Assembly: GCA_963740085.1 (NCBI GenBank)
Contig: CAVUCU010000001.1
Coordinates: 1,376,001-1,440,000 of the forward strand
Direction: 5' to 3'
From: Nitrospirota bacterium
GTDB lineage: Bacteria > Nitrospirota > UBA9217
Length of the DNA stretch: 64,000 nucleotides
Shown: one piece after another, positions 49,892 through 59,493 of the stretch
How positions within the stretch are numbered: the first letter of the stretch is position 1
Layout of the letters: every line of letters starts with the position of its first letter
Translations under genes and position numbers: made by a program
The notes under the pieces: model-generated
Told to the model about the DNA's origin: nothing
Databases searched by the model: none
Seen by the model: only the letters and a program-made list of their open reading frames with translations

Positions 49892-52510
49892 ATGTTTATC
49901 CAGGAAGACTATTTCAAGAACATTTTTAACACAGTTCGCGAAGCTATTCTTGTCCTCGGCGAAGACATGAGAGTGCTGTCGGCCAATCGTAGTTTCTTCA
50001 CTATGTTCAAAGTAGATTCCGCAACGACTATCGGCTCTCTTTTATACGATCTTGGAAACGGACAATGGAACATCCCGCATCTTCGCGTGTTGCTCGAAGA
50101 TGTTCTTCCGAAGAACGACACTGTTGATGACTACGAGATTGAACATACATTTGAGAGCATCGGCCAGAGAACCATGCTCCTGAACGCCCGCAAGATCAGA
50201 GAAAAGAAAAACGACCCGTCGATTATCCTTCTCGCCATCGAGGACATAACCGAGCGCAAACAATTGCAAGACTTGTTAACAGAGTCTGAAAAACGCTACC
50301 GGCGTGTTTTTGAGACCGCAAGCGACGGGATAGTGCTGCTCGAAAAAAGCGAAGGACATATAGTCCATTCGAATCCGGCCGCCGAGAAAATGCTGGGCTA
50401 TTCCGAAGATGAGTACGTCGGGAAGAAACTGCAGGATATCGGTGTCTCGCTCGATACGGGCGATTTCCCCGCGACAATGCGATCTTTGAGCAGGAACGGC
50501 ATTCTTAATTACGAGGATATTCCGGTCAAAACCAAGTCAGGACAGGATTTCTACGCGGACATATATCTGGTAGACAGGGCAAAGCTGGCACAATGTAATA
50601 TTCGCGATGTCACAGAACGGAAGCGGGTGGTGGAGCTGCTGAATAAAGAAGAGACTAAATACAGAGAACTTGCAGAAAGCATCTCCGACATTTTTTTTGC
50701 GATGGATCGAGATCTCAGATACACCTATTGGAACAAGTCCAGTGAAATTCTCACAGGCATTTTGGCTACAGACGCTATTGGAAAGCTTTTCTCTGACATT
50801 TTCCCGGACAATGAGATGACAAGAGAGCTTCAAAACGTATACCTGAACGTGATAAGGACTAATACGGCGCGGCATTTCACCAGCATGTACCCTGCAGGGC
50901 GAAATGTCATCCACGAAATCAGCGTCTATCCGTCCAAGAGCGGCGTCTCCGTTTTTATTAAAGATATTACCGAGCATAGGCATATGGATGAGGCGCTGCG
51001 TGAAAGCGAAGAGAAGTTCCGGTCCATATTCGAACAGGCGACCGACGGGATCATGATCGCCGATGCGGAGACCAAGAAGCTTATTGATGTAAATAAGGCT
51101 ATGTGCATCATGCTCGGATATTCACACGATGAGATCGTTGGCCTGAGCGTTGATGACATTCACCCGAAAAAGGACTTACCCTCCATCCGGGGGAGCTTCG
51201 ATAAACAGCGGCGCGGCGAGAGCTTGCTTGCGCCCACAGTCCCGATGTTGAGAAAGGATGGGTCGGTCTTTTTCGCGGACATCCATGCCGCGCGTGTGAC
51301 TTTGAGCGGAAGGCAGTGCCTCGCCGGGATCGTCCGCGACATCAGCGACCGGCAGAAACTCGAAGAACAGCTCCGCCATGCACAGAAGCTGGAGGGCATC
51401 GGCTCCCTTGCCAGCGGCATAGCTCACGATTTCAACAATATCCTGTCCGCCATCATCGGCTACGGACATATAACCCTTATGAAGATGCCGAAGGACGACC
51501 CGCTGCGGCTGAATATAGAAAACATGCTGGCGTCAGCCGACCGCGCAGCAGCGCTTACCCAGAGTCTTCTTGCCTTCGGCCGTAAGCAGATAACCAACCG
51601 GAAGCCTGTTGAACTGAACAGCCTGATCATGAGAGTGGAAAAGTTCCTGGTCCGCATCATTGGAGAGGATATTTCGGTCCGCTTGAACCTTGCGAAGGGC
51701 GCTTTGAACATTTTTGCCGATGCCGGCCAGCTGGAGCAGGTGTTCATGAACCTTGCAACCAATGCGCGGGATGCAATGCCGAACGGAGGTTCCTTCACGA
51801 TCGAGACAAAGATCAGAGAGTTGGATAGCGGATATATAACTGCCCATGGCTATGGGAATGAGGGCGCCTATGCCATGATCTGTGCTACCGACACCGGTGT
51901 CGGAATGACCGAGGAAACCAAACAAAAGATCTTCGAACCGTTCTTCACGACCAAGGAGGTCGGCAAAGGAACAGGGCTCGGGCTTGCCATGGTGTACGGC
52001 ATTCTCAAACAGCATGAGGGCTTCATTAATGTGTACAGTGAACCGGGCAAGGGCACGACCTTCAGGATCTATCTTCCGCTGATCGAGGCCGAGGCAGCGG
52101 ACGAGAAGATCGCGGCTCATGAATCTCCGAAAGGAGGCACGGAGACGGTCCTTGTAGCCGAGGACGACGCGAGTCTGAGAAAACTCGACGTGCTCGTTCT
52201 TGAACAAATGGGCTATACGGTGATCACGGCGAAAGACGGTCAAGAGGCAGTAACAAAATTCATGGAAAACAAGGACAGGATCCAGCTGCTGTTGTTCGAC
52301 ATGATGATGCCGAAGAAGAACGGCAAAGAAGCTTATGAAGAGATCCGCAAAGTGGTGCCTGATGTCCGGGTGCTCTTTGCCAGCGGATATTCACCGGACA
52401 TGCTGAGTGAGAAGTCGCTGATCTCAGAAGGCGCGGCCTTTGTTTACAAACCGATTTCACCACTGGATCTGTCGAAAAAAGTGAGAGAAGTGCTGGACAG
52501 GAATCGGTAG
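49892..52510 (+). CDS. Hybrid sensor histidine kinase/response regulator with about four PAS domains
   Basis: Repeated PAS/PAC ends (EDITERK, RDVTERK, KDITEHR, RDISDRQ); AHDFNN H-box, NARDAM, FFTTK.GKGTGLGL and a C-terminal receiver. Confidence 0.93.
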   Translation: MFIQEDYFKNIFNTVREAILVLGEDMRVLSANRSFFTMFKVDSATTIGSLLYDLGNGQWNIPHLRVLLEDVLPKNDTVDDYEIEHTFESIGQRTMLLNARKIREKKNDPSIILLAIEDITERKQLQDLLTESEKRYRRVFETASDGIVLLEKSEGHIVHSNPAAEKMLGYSEDEYVGKKLQDIGVSLDTGDFPATMRSLSRNGILNYEDIPVKTKSGQDFYADIYLVDRAKLAQCNIRDVTERKRVVELLNKEETKYRELAESISDIFFAMDRDLRYTYWNKSSEILTGILATDAIGKLFSDIFPDNEMTRELQNVYLNVIRTNTARHFTSMYPAGRNVIHEISVYPSKSGVSVFIKDITEHRHMDEALRESEEKFRSIFEQATDGIMIADAETKKLIDVNKAMCIMLGYSHDEIVGLSVDDIHPKKDLPSIRGSFDKQRRGESLLAPTVPMLRKDGSVFFADIHAARVTLSGRQCLAGIVRDISDRQKLEEQLRHAQKLEGIGSLASGIAHDFNNILSAIIGYGHITLMKMPKDDPLRLNIENMLASADRAAALTQSLLAFGRKQITNRKPVELNSLIMRVEKFLVRIIGEDISVRLNLAKGALNIFADAGQLEQVFMNLATNARDAMPNGGSFTIETKIRELDSGYITAHGYGNEGAYAMICATDTGVGMTEETKQKIFEPFFTTKEVGKGTGLGLAMVYGILKQHEGFINVYSEPGKGTTFRIYLPLIEAEAADEKIAAHESPKGGTETVLVAEDDASLRKLDVLVLEQMGYTVITAKDGQEAVTKFMENKDRIQLLLFDMMMPKKNGKEAYEEIRKVVPDVRVLFASGYSPDMLSEKSLISEGAAFVYKPISPLDLSKKVREVLDRNR

Positions 52511-52879
52511 CGCGTTGACAGTACAATCCCAGTAGTAGGTATGTAGTCCGCCCGCAGTTCAGCTGCATAATACAACCGGAATTTGTTAATTATTTCGCTT
52601 GATTGAAATTGCACACTCGTAGGTGTAGGTCACCCTGCCTAAAGGTAAAAGAAGTTACGAATTGAGCTTACAACGGCTGTCGACACGGATACAGATTACC
52701 GCAGACAACGGCGGATTTGTTTTGATATGTAGTTCACCCGACAGGTGAGGTCACTGTATTCGATGTTCATTTTGCAATTACGTTTCAGACATTCGCGCGA
52801 ACACATCAAGTTCTGAGGAGAAATAACAGAAGGGCGTCGATGTGCGGATGGTGCGGCAAGACCAGGCCGAGAGAAGTTC

Positions 52880-54811
52880 TCAACCCTGCCCCTCCTTCTT
52901 TCTCTTCTCCAGTTCACTCTTCACCATCGGGAAGGCGTTCAGGTTCGTGTGCGGCAGGAACAAGGCCGACATGTACTCGTCCATGAAGCTGCGTGATACG
53001 GACAGCTCGATGTAGGTCATCTTTTTTGCGATCTCTTCCGCTTCATGACGCAGTTGGTCGCACAGGAGGCCGTAGTAGGCGCCCATGATGGACGTGTTGC
53101 CCAGGAACTGGAACTTGTCCACGGGCAGGTCCGGCAGCATGCCGATGGTAATGGCGCGCTCGACGTCGATGTATCGGCCGAACCCTCCGGCAATGAAAAG
53201 CTTCTCGATGTCGCCGAAGCCCATATCCATGTGCAAAAGCAATGTGGCGAACCCCGCGTAGATCGCGCCCTTGGCGCGGATCAGGTTGTCCAGGTCCACC
53301 TCGGTTATCACGATCTCCTTGTTGATCGCGCTCTCCACGCGCCACGCGATCACGAACTCCAGGCCGCTCTCGCCGCGGCGTATCCGCTTGGACCCGATCT
53401 CTTCCCGTATCTTTCCCTTCTGGTCGATAACGCCGTTGAGATACATCTCTGCGAGGATGTCGATCATGCCCGAGCCGCAGATGCCGATGGGCTTCGAATC
53501 ACCGATGACGCGGAAGTTAACCTCATACGTTTTCGGATCGATCTCGACCTCTTCGATGGCCCCTTCCATGGCGCGCATGCCGAACTTGATGCCGCTCCCC
53601 TCGAAGGCGGGGCCAGCCGAGCATGCCGCGGTCACGAGCCAGTCCTTGTTCCCGAGCACGATCTCGCCGTTCGTGCCGATGTCAATGAAGAGCGACACCT
53701 TGTCCTGCTTGTGGATCTGCGATACGAGCACGCCGGAGGAAATGTCGCCGCCCACATAGCTTGCCACGTTCGGCATCGAGTAAATGATGGCCTGCGGATC
53801 TACCTGCAGGCCCACGTTCTTGCCGCGGATGAGCGGGAAAAAGGTCGCCGCCGGGATATAGGGCTCCTCGCGGAGGTACTGCGGATCAATGCCGTAGAAC
53901 AAATGCATCATGGTGGTGTTGCCCGCCACCACAAGATAGTCTATCATGGCCTGCGGCACCTTGTTCTTTTCGGCAAGCTCGGCGAGAATGGTATTGATGT
54001 TGCCCACCACGAGGTCCTGTAGCTCTTTGAGCCCGTTCCGTTCCGTTGCGTACACGATGCGCGTGATCACGTCGTCGCCGCACTTCACCTGGCTGTTGTA
54101 CGTCGAGGAGGTGCCGATGATGTTCCCATTCGTCATGTCCACAAGGTAAACCACCACGGTGGTCGTGCCGATGTCAACGGCCGCGCCGTAGCATGTCCTG
54201 GTGGCGTTCCCGGGGAAGATATCCAGAACTTCCAGCACCGCGCTCACCTTGAAGACCGATACCGTAACGTTCCAATTCCCTTCCCTCAGCACGTGCGAAA
54301 GCTTTTTCAGCACGAGGTAGTTCATGTGGAGATGAGATGCGTCGAAACCCGCCTTGTCCAGCGCGCGCCTGACCCGCTCATAGTCCGCTATGTTATCGTC
54401 GATCGTGGGCGGGCTGAGCTCGAGGTAAATGCGGCTGATGCGCGACTCAAGGCATCCCCCGGCGGACCGCATGAGCTTGATAAGCTCATCCCTGTTCGCT
54501 CCCATGGCGATCTTGTGTTTTGCCTGCATGCGCGATTCCTGAGGGATCTCGACGACCAGATCGCTCTTGACGCGAGAGTGGCAGGCAAGCACATAGCCGC
54601 GTTCCGCTTCCTCGGGAGACAGGTAAGAGCGGGACTTGCCGCTCTCGACCGTGCCTTCTTTGATGATGACCTTGCACTTCCCGCAGTTGCCCTTGCCGCC
54701 GCAGGACGAGAGCACGTAGACGCCCGAGGCCTTGACGGCCCTGAAGAGGTTCGTATTGTCGTCGACGGTGACCGAGGCGTTATCGGGGAGAAAGGTGACA
54801 GTGCGCTTCAT
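52880..54811 (-). CDS. ATP-dependent reductive activator of corrinoid proteins (RACo/AcsV, ASKHA fold with N-terminal 2Fe-2S)
   Basis: CGGKGNCGKC...LAC ferredoxin, DIGTTT, DIGTNGE, CSAGPAFEG, GICGSG, IAGGFG and FLPHT. Confidence 0.9.
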   Translation of the reverse strand: MKRTVTFLPDNASVTVDDNTNLFRAVKASGVYVLSSCGGKGNCGKCKVIIKEGTVESGKSRSYLSPEEAERGYVLACHSRVKSDLVVEIPQESRMQAKHKIAMGANRDELIKLMRSAGGCLESRISRIYLELSPPTIDDNIADYERVRRALDKAGFDASHLHMNYLVLKKLSHVLREGNWNVTVSVFKVSAVLEVLDIFPGNATRTCYGAAVDIGTTTVVVYLVDMTNGNIIGTSSTYNSQVKCGDDVITRIVYATERNGLKELQDLVVGNINTILAELAEKNKVPQAMIDYLVVAGNTTMMHLFYGIDPQYLREEPYIPAATFFPLIRGKNVGLQVDPQAIIYSMPNVASYVGGDISSGVLVSQIHKQDKVSLFIDIGTNGEIVLGNKDWLVTAACSAGPAFEGSGIKFGMRAMEGAIEEVEIDPKTYEVNFRVIGDSKPIGICGSGMIDILAEMYLNGVIDQKGKIREEIGSKRIRRGESGLEFVIAWRVESAINKEIVITEVDLDNLIRAKGAIYAGFATLLLHMDMGFGDIEKLFIAGGFGRYIDVERAITIGMLPDLPVDKFQFLGNTSIMGAYYGLLCDQLRHEAEEIAKKMTYIELSVSRSFMDEYMSALFLPHTNLNAFPMVKSELEKRKKEGQG

Positions 54812-54817
54812 GAACTG

Positions 54818-54846
54818 AATATAACAGGGCGAGAAACAAGGGTCAA
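54818..54846 (-). promoter_or_regulatory. Sigma70-like promoter giving a probable leaderless RACo mRNA
   Basis: TTGACC-N17-TATATT with upstream TG, then 6 nt to the ATG; no SD. Confidence 0.6.
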
Positions 54847-54928
54847 GGAGATTCTGGACAGAAAAGCGCGAAGACGTTGATGGATCGCGCTCAGCAATGC
54901 CGCTCCGCCTCTCGTCGATGAAGATTCA

Positions 54929-54957
54929 TTGACATTGCGCTTTCCATTGATTAGTAT
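54929..54957 (+). promoter_or_regulatory. Sigma70-like promoter for the NlpC/P60 gene
   Basis: TTGACA-N17-TAGTAT. Confidence 0.6.
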
Positions 54958-54977
54958 GGGTCAGGACAGGAGGAGGG

Positions 54978-55448
54978 ATGCGTCGAACATTCCAAGCGGG
55001 CTGTTTGGTGTGCCTTGTTGTGTTGTTGTCCGCCGGCTGCGCTCATTCGCCGGTCAGGCAGTCGGATGATCACACCTCTACGCTCGGCGAGAAAGCCGCC
55101 GATGTCGCCACGAGCATGATCGGCAAACCCTACCGGTACAAAGGCAACACTCCCGCCGGTTTCGATTGCAGCGGCCTGGTTCAATACAGCTATCTGGCCG
55201 CCGGCATGGAGGACGTGCCCCATGGCACGAAAGCGCTCAAAGGCCGCACCCGGTCAATAGGCAAAGACATGAAGACAGGCGACCTCTTGTTCTTTAACGA
55301 ACGCGGGAAGAAATACTCCCATGTCGGCATCTACCTTGAAAACGATACTTTTGTCCACGCCCCCGGCACCGGCGGTCGGGTCAGAAAAGAAAGCCTCGAG
55401 GACCCCTACTGGAAAAGCTCCTTCGTCGATGCCCGCCGGTTCATGTAA
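54978..55448 (+). CDS. NlpC/P60 (C40) peptidoglycan peptidase lipoprotein
   Basis: Lipobox SAGC; GKPY, GFDCSGLV, GDLLFF, SHVGIY and FVHAP. Confidence 0.92.
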   Translation: MRRTFQAGCLVCLVVLLSAGCAHSPVRQSDDHTSTLGEKAADVATSMIGKPYRYKGNTPAGFDCSGLVQYSYLAAGMEDVPHGTKALKGRTRSIGKDMKTGDLLFFNERGKKYSHVGIYLENDTFVHAPGTGGRVRKESLEDPYWKSSFVDARRFM

Positions 55449-55491
55449 CCCCCTGTCTCGATCCTTATCTTCTCCAGAGAGGTCTTCATTA

Positions 55492-56157
55492 CTACTTCCC
55501 CTTCTTCCCGGCGTAGGCCTCCAGTTCCTTGTAGAAATCCTTCCCCAGGTACGTCTCGATGGTCTTCCTGAGGCTCCTGTACATGGGCTCTCCCTTCGGA
55601 TTTTTCATGCACGGGATGTGGTCAAGGTAGGGCGTGTCCTGGATCGAGAGCACCTGCTTCCCCTCCCCGGTCGAGTAGAAGGCAAGAGGATACTGGACGC
55701 AGTCTGCGAACTTGTACTCCTCCCAGACCAGGCCCTTGTCCATGGCATAGGTGTGCACGGCGCAGTATTTGAGCCCTTCCTTGTTCGTGTAGAGCAGGGA
55801 GCAGATGTTGTTGTGGATCAGAACGCAGCGGAATTCCTCTCCCCCGAAGGCCCGCTTTATGGCCTGAGCCTCGTCCTCGTGGATCTCGCAGCCCGCAGGA
55901 CACTGCTTTTTGCAGTCGGCAAGGATCGTACCGTTCTTTTTGAGCACTTCCCGGTTCTCCGGGCTCAGATAGGAAAGGATGTCGTCGAAGTTCGCCTCGA
56001 TCCGTTCGGTCTCGTACCCGGGAACGATGCAGGCGCGGTAGCAGCACTGCGATTTGCAGTCATAGCCGACCACGTCGCAGGTGTAGGGACGGGTGAAGAT
56101 CTCGGGGTTCACGAGCACGGACGCGATCTCGACGAAGCCCTTTTTGCCTGAGGACAT
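55492..56157 (-). CDS. Cys-rich DUF3109-like protein
   Basis: CKSQCC, CVL, CAVH and K..CVQYP pattern; GGAGG SD. Confidence 0.65.
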   Translation of the reverse strand: MSSGKKGFVEIASVLVNPEIFTRPYTCDVVGYDCKSQCCYRACIVPGYETERIEANFDDILSYLSPENREVLKKNGTILADCKKQCPAGCEIHEDEAQAIKRAFGGEEFRCVLIHNNICSLLYTNKEGLKYCAVHTYAMDKGLVWEEYKFADCVQYPLAFYSTGEGKQVLSIQDTPYLDHIPCMKNPKGEPMYRSLRKTIETYLGKDFYKELEAYAGKKGK

Positions 56158-56510
56158 GGCGGTTCCTCCAAAAAACAGAAGTCAGAGGTCAGCGGTCAGC
56201 CTCCAGGAGGAAATGCACCCCAAAGGACCCGATTTTTGACGCTCCGGAGGCTCCCGGCGGGAGCACAGTGGGCAATATTAAAACTATCAGGGAAGGAAGT
56301 AAAGTTTTTTTTCTCAGGGGTCAATATTCACTTGCATTCGGTGAAAAAAAGAGTATATTGCGCAACAAAAAAAGAGCGCCCGAACCCCTCGCATGCTCTC
56401 TCGGTGAGACAGGAACAACGGGGAAGAAAAAAATACACGCGAGTCACTTTTATCCTTGACAAAGAGTTGTATTTTTGATAAATGACAACTAGATTTTAAT
56501 TTTTTCGGCG

Positions 56511-56626
56511 CCGTCTGAAGTTGAGGCGGATTTGTCTCGAACCTTGGCCCTCGCGTGAGAACGGGAGGCAGTGTCTGCGGATACCGGGAGGCATCCCGGA
56601 GCTTGTGAAGCAGGCGGAGAAGGAGG
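56511..56626 (+). promoter_or_regulatory. Structured 5' leader of the spe operon (candidate cis-regulatory RNA)
   Basis: Several adjacent stems between an upstream TTGACA (56456) and the SD AGGAGG (56621). Confidence 0.4.
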
Positions 56627-56634
56627 TAAACAGG

Positions 56635-57036
56635 TTGCACGCGTTAGGAACCCACCTGTTGCTGGAATTGCGGGATTGCAACCGCACGACATTGAGCAAT
56701 CTAGAGTTTGTACAGGAAACACTCAAAAATGCCGCACTTGAGGCAAAAGCGACCATTGTTGAAGTCGCTTTCCACGAGTTCAGCCCCTTTGGCATCAGCG
56801 GGATGGTGGTCATCGCCGAATCCCATCTTGCCATCCATACCTGGCCGGAATACGGCTACGCCGCAGTAGATGTCTTCACCTGCGGGGACCTGATCGATCC
56901 CAGGGTCGCCGCAAACTACCTTATCGAGCACTTCCAATCACTGAATCCCTCGATCCTCGAGATCAAGAGGGGAGTCCTCGGCACCGAAAAGCTTCCCCAT
57001 AAGCCTATCGCGCAGGGAGAATTGGTCCAGGCATGA
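56635..57036 (+). CDS. speD: S-adenosylmethionine decarboxylase proenzyme (TTG start)
   Basis: LGTHLL, FHEFSPFGISG, IAESHLAIHTWPE self-cleavage site and DVFTCG; AGGAGG 8 nt before TTG 56635. Confidence 0.9.
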   Translation: MHALGTHLLLELRDCNRTTLSNLEFVQETLKNAALEAKATIVEVAFHEFSPFGISGMVVIAESHLAIHTWPEYGYAAVDVFTCGDLIDPRVAANYLIEHFQSLNPSILEIKRGVLGTEKLPHKPIAQGELVQA

Positions 57037-57953
57037 TAGAGCCCAAGAGCAACAAGTGGTTCATTGAGTACACGAGCCCCGAGGAGGGGCATTTGCACGG
57101 TATCAAGATGATCCACTACGCAAGCCAGACCAAATACCAGAAGATGGAGATCATGGACAGCGGGAGCTATGGCCGGTGCCTGGTGCTGGACGGAAAGATG
57201 CAGTCCACCGTTACGGATGAGTTCATCTACCATGAGGCGCTGGTCCATCCGGCCATGCTTACGCACCCGAACCCGAAGCGCGTCTTCATCGTGGGCGGCG
57301 GCGAAGGCGCCACGCTCCGAGAAGTGCTGCGCCACAAAAGCGTCGAGTACTGCATGATGGTGGACATCGATCAGGAAGTGGTTGAAAAATCGAAGGAGCT
57401 CCTGCCCGAGTGGCATCAGGGCGCCTTTGACGACCCGCGTACCGACCTCAGATACATGGACGCGCGCAAGTACCTTGAGGAAACGACCGACGCCTATGAC
57501 GTCATCATCATCGATATCTCCGAGCCTGTTGAAGAGGGTCCGGCGTACCTCCTCTTCACCCGCGAATTCTATGAGATCGTGAAGGAGCGGCTGAGCCCGG
57601 ACGGCACCATCTCGCTCCAGGCCGGCACCACGGCCCTGCACCAGTTGTTGAACTTCACGGCAGTGGACAAGACCCTGAACGCGGTATTCCCGGTGGTGGC
57701 GCCCTATGCGGTGTCCATACCATCCTTCGGCCTTCCCTGGGGCTTTACCCTGGCGTCGAAGAACCTCGATCCGAGGAAGTTTCTTCCCAAGGACCTGGAC
57801 GCCATGATCAAGAAGCGGATCAGGGGTGAGAACAGGTATTACGACGGCATAACGAACCAGGGCATGTTCATGCTGCCCAAACACATCCGCAAGGCCCTTG
57901 CAGAAGAGACCAAGATCATAGAGGACAACGCGCCTCTTTTCACCTATCATTGA
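57033..57953 (+). CDS. speE: Polyamine aminopropyltransferase (spermidine synthase family)
   Basis: LVLDGKMQ, DEFIYHEALVH, VGGGEGATLRE and YDVIIID. Confidence 0.93.
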   Translation: MIEPKSNKWFIEYTSPEEGHLHGIKMIHYASQTKYQKMEIMDSGSYGRCLVLDGKMQSTVTDEFIYHEALVHPAMLTHPNPKRVFIVGGGEGATLREVLRHKSVEYCMMVDIDQEVVEKSKELLPEWHQGAFDDPRTDLRYMDARKYLEETTDAYDVIIIDISEPVEEGPAYLLFTREFYEIVKERLSPDGTISLQAGTTALHQLLNFTAVDKTLNAVFPVVAPYAVSIPSFGLPWGFTLASKNLDPRKFLPKDLDAMIKKRIRGENRYYDGITNQGMFMLPKHIRKALAEETKIIEDNAPLFTYH

Positions 57954-59443
57954 CGGCCATGAATCCTCCTCCTTCACGACCCGAGGATGAACAATTCCGC
58001 ACCCCCCTGTTTGATGCAATGGTCAACCTTGCGGAGAGCCGCAAGGTCTCCTTCCACACCCCCGGACATAAGAGCGGCAAAGGCATCGCCACCCGGTTCC
58101 GCAAGTTCGTGGGTCCGCGCGTCTTTTCGATCGACCTCACCACCCTCGATGAAGTAGACTCCCTGCAGAACCCGACAGGCGTGATCAAGGAGGCCCAGGA
58201 GCTTGCGGCCAAATCAGCCGGCGCGGACCGTTCCTATTTCCTGGTGAACGGCACTACGGTGGGGAATCACGCCATGATAGCGTCCACGACCGGCCCGGGC
58301 GACAAGGTCTTGATAGCCCGGAACTGCCACCGATCGGTCCTTACCGGCCTGATCATGAGCGGGGCGCAGCCCATATTCTTCCAACCCGATTTTGACCGCG
58401 ACCTCAGACTTACCCTGAACGTGACCTTCGACACGGTCAGGGAGGCCATCGATGCCAATCCCGGAGCGCGCGCGCTTCTGATCACCAGCCCGAACTACTA
58501 CGGGCTCTGTGCCGACATCGAAAAGATCACTGCCTTCGCCCACGAAAAAGGTCTTTTGGTCTTCGTGGACGAAGCGCACGGCCCGCATCTCAAGTTCCAT
58601 CCCAAGCTTCCGACCTGCGCCCTCGAGGCCGGAGCGGATATGTGCGTTCAGTCAACCCACAAGATCGTTGGGGGCATGACCCAGGCATCCATGCTCCATG
58701 CAACCGCCGGCAGGGTCAATCTCGATGACGTCACCAATACATTAAAGCTCCTCCAGACCACGAGCCCGTCCTATATCCTGATGGCCTCTCTCGACCTGGC
58801 GCGCATGCAGATGGCCACGGAAGGCAAAAAGCTGCTCACCCGGACCATCAAACTCGCCGAGGAGGCCCGCGCCAGGATCAATCTGATCCCCGGCATCACC
58901 TGCTTCACCAAGGACCAGGCAAAAAAGGCGGGCATGGCGGACATGGACGTTACCAAGATGACCATTACCGTGTCGGACATGGGCCTCTCGGGCTACCACG
59001 TGTCCCATGAGCTGAACACCCGGTTCGATATCCAGGTGGAAATGGCGGACCCCTTCCACGTGCTCGTCATCGTCTCGATCGGCGACCGCCAGGATGACCT
59101 GGAGCGTCTTGTTGCAGCGCTCAAGATAATTTCCGCCGAAACCGGGCTCCAGGGCGCGCTCCTGCCGCTCGACAAGGTCCATCCGCCGTTGCTCACGAAC
59201 CGCTTCATCATGACGCCCCGCGACGCCTTCTACTCGGACAGTGAGCTGGTGGATGTGAATGATTCCGTGGGCAGGGTCTCGACAGAGATCGTGACCGTCT
59301 ATCCCCCGGGCATTCCGCTCCTCGTTCCGGGAGAAGAGATCTCCCAGGACGCCCTGAACTACCTCCGGAACATGGCCGGTCTCGGCGCCATCATCGACGG
59401 ATTGAACGAGAATAACTCGCTCGTGCGCGTGGCGAAGGTCTAG
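57950..59443 (+). CDS. PLP-dependent Arg/Lys/Orn decarboxylase (Bacillus SpeA-like; alternative ATG 57959)
   Basis: FHTPGHK, LVNGTT, RNCHRS, DEAHG, QSTHK, TTSPSY and YPPGIP. Confidence 0.88.
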   Translation: MTAMNPPPSRPEDEQFRTPLFDAMVNLAESRKVSFHTPGHKSGKGIATRFRKFVGPRVFSIDLTTLDEVDSLQNPTGVIKEAQELAAKSAGADRSYFLVNGTTVGNHAMIASTTGPGDKVLIARNCHRSVLTGLIMSGAQPIFFQPDFDRDLRLTLNVTFDTVREAIDANPGARALLITSPNYYGLCADIEKITAFAHEKGLLVFVDEAHGPHLKFHPKLPTCALEAGADMCVQSTHKIVGGMTQASMLHATAGRVNLDDVTNTLKLLQTTSPSYILMASLDLARMQMATEGKKLLTRTIKLAEEARARINLIPGITCFTKDQAKKAGMADMDVTKMTITVSDMGLSGYHVSHELNTRFDIQVEMADPFHVLVIVSIGDRQDDLERLVAALKIISAETGLQGALLPLDKVHPPLLTNRFIMTPRDAFYSDSELVDVNDSVGRVSTEIVTVYPPGIPLLVPGEEISQDALNYLRNMAGLGAIIDGLNENNSLVRVAKV

Positions 59444-59493
59444 ACCGGAATCACCATTCGCAGTAAATCCCCTACCTGAAAGGAATACTAACG

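Noticed and set aside
52511-52879. Possible tRNA or sRNA in the gap between convergent genes
   Set aside because: No cloverleaf or T-loop motif and no clear -10 box or terminator; only a TTGACA and short degenerate repeats.
56176-56200. Heptamer repeats (AGAAGTC/AGAGGTC/AGCGGTC), with a similar run near 48808-48836
   Set aside because: Too short and degenerate to assign a function; probably low-complexity intergenic repeats.
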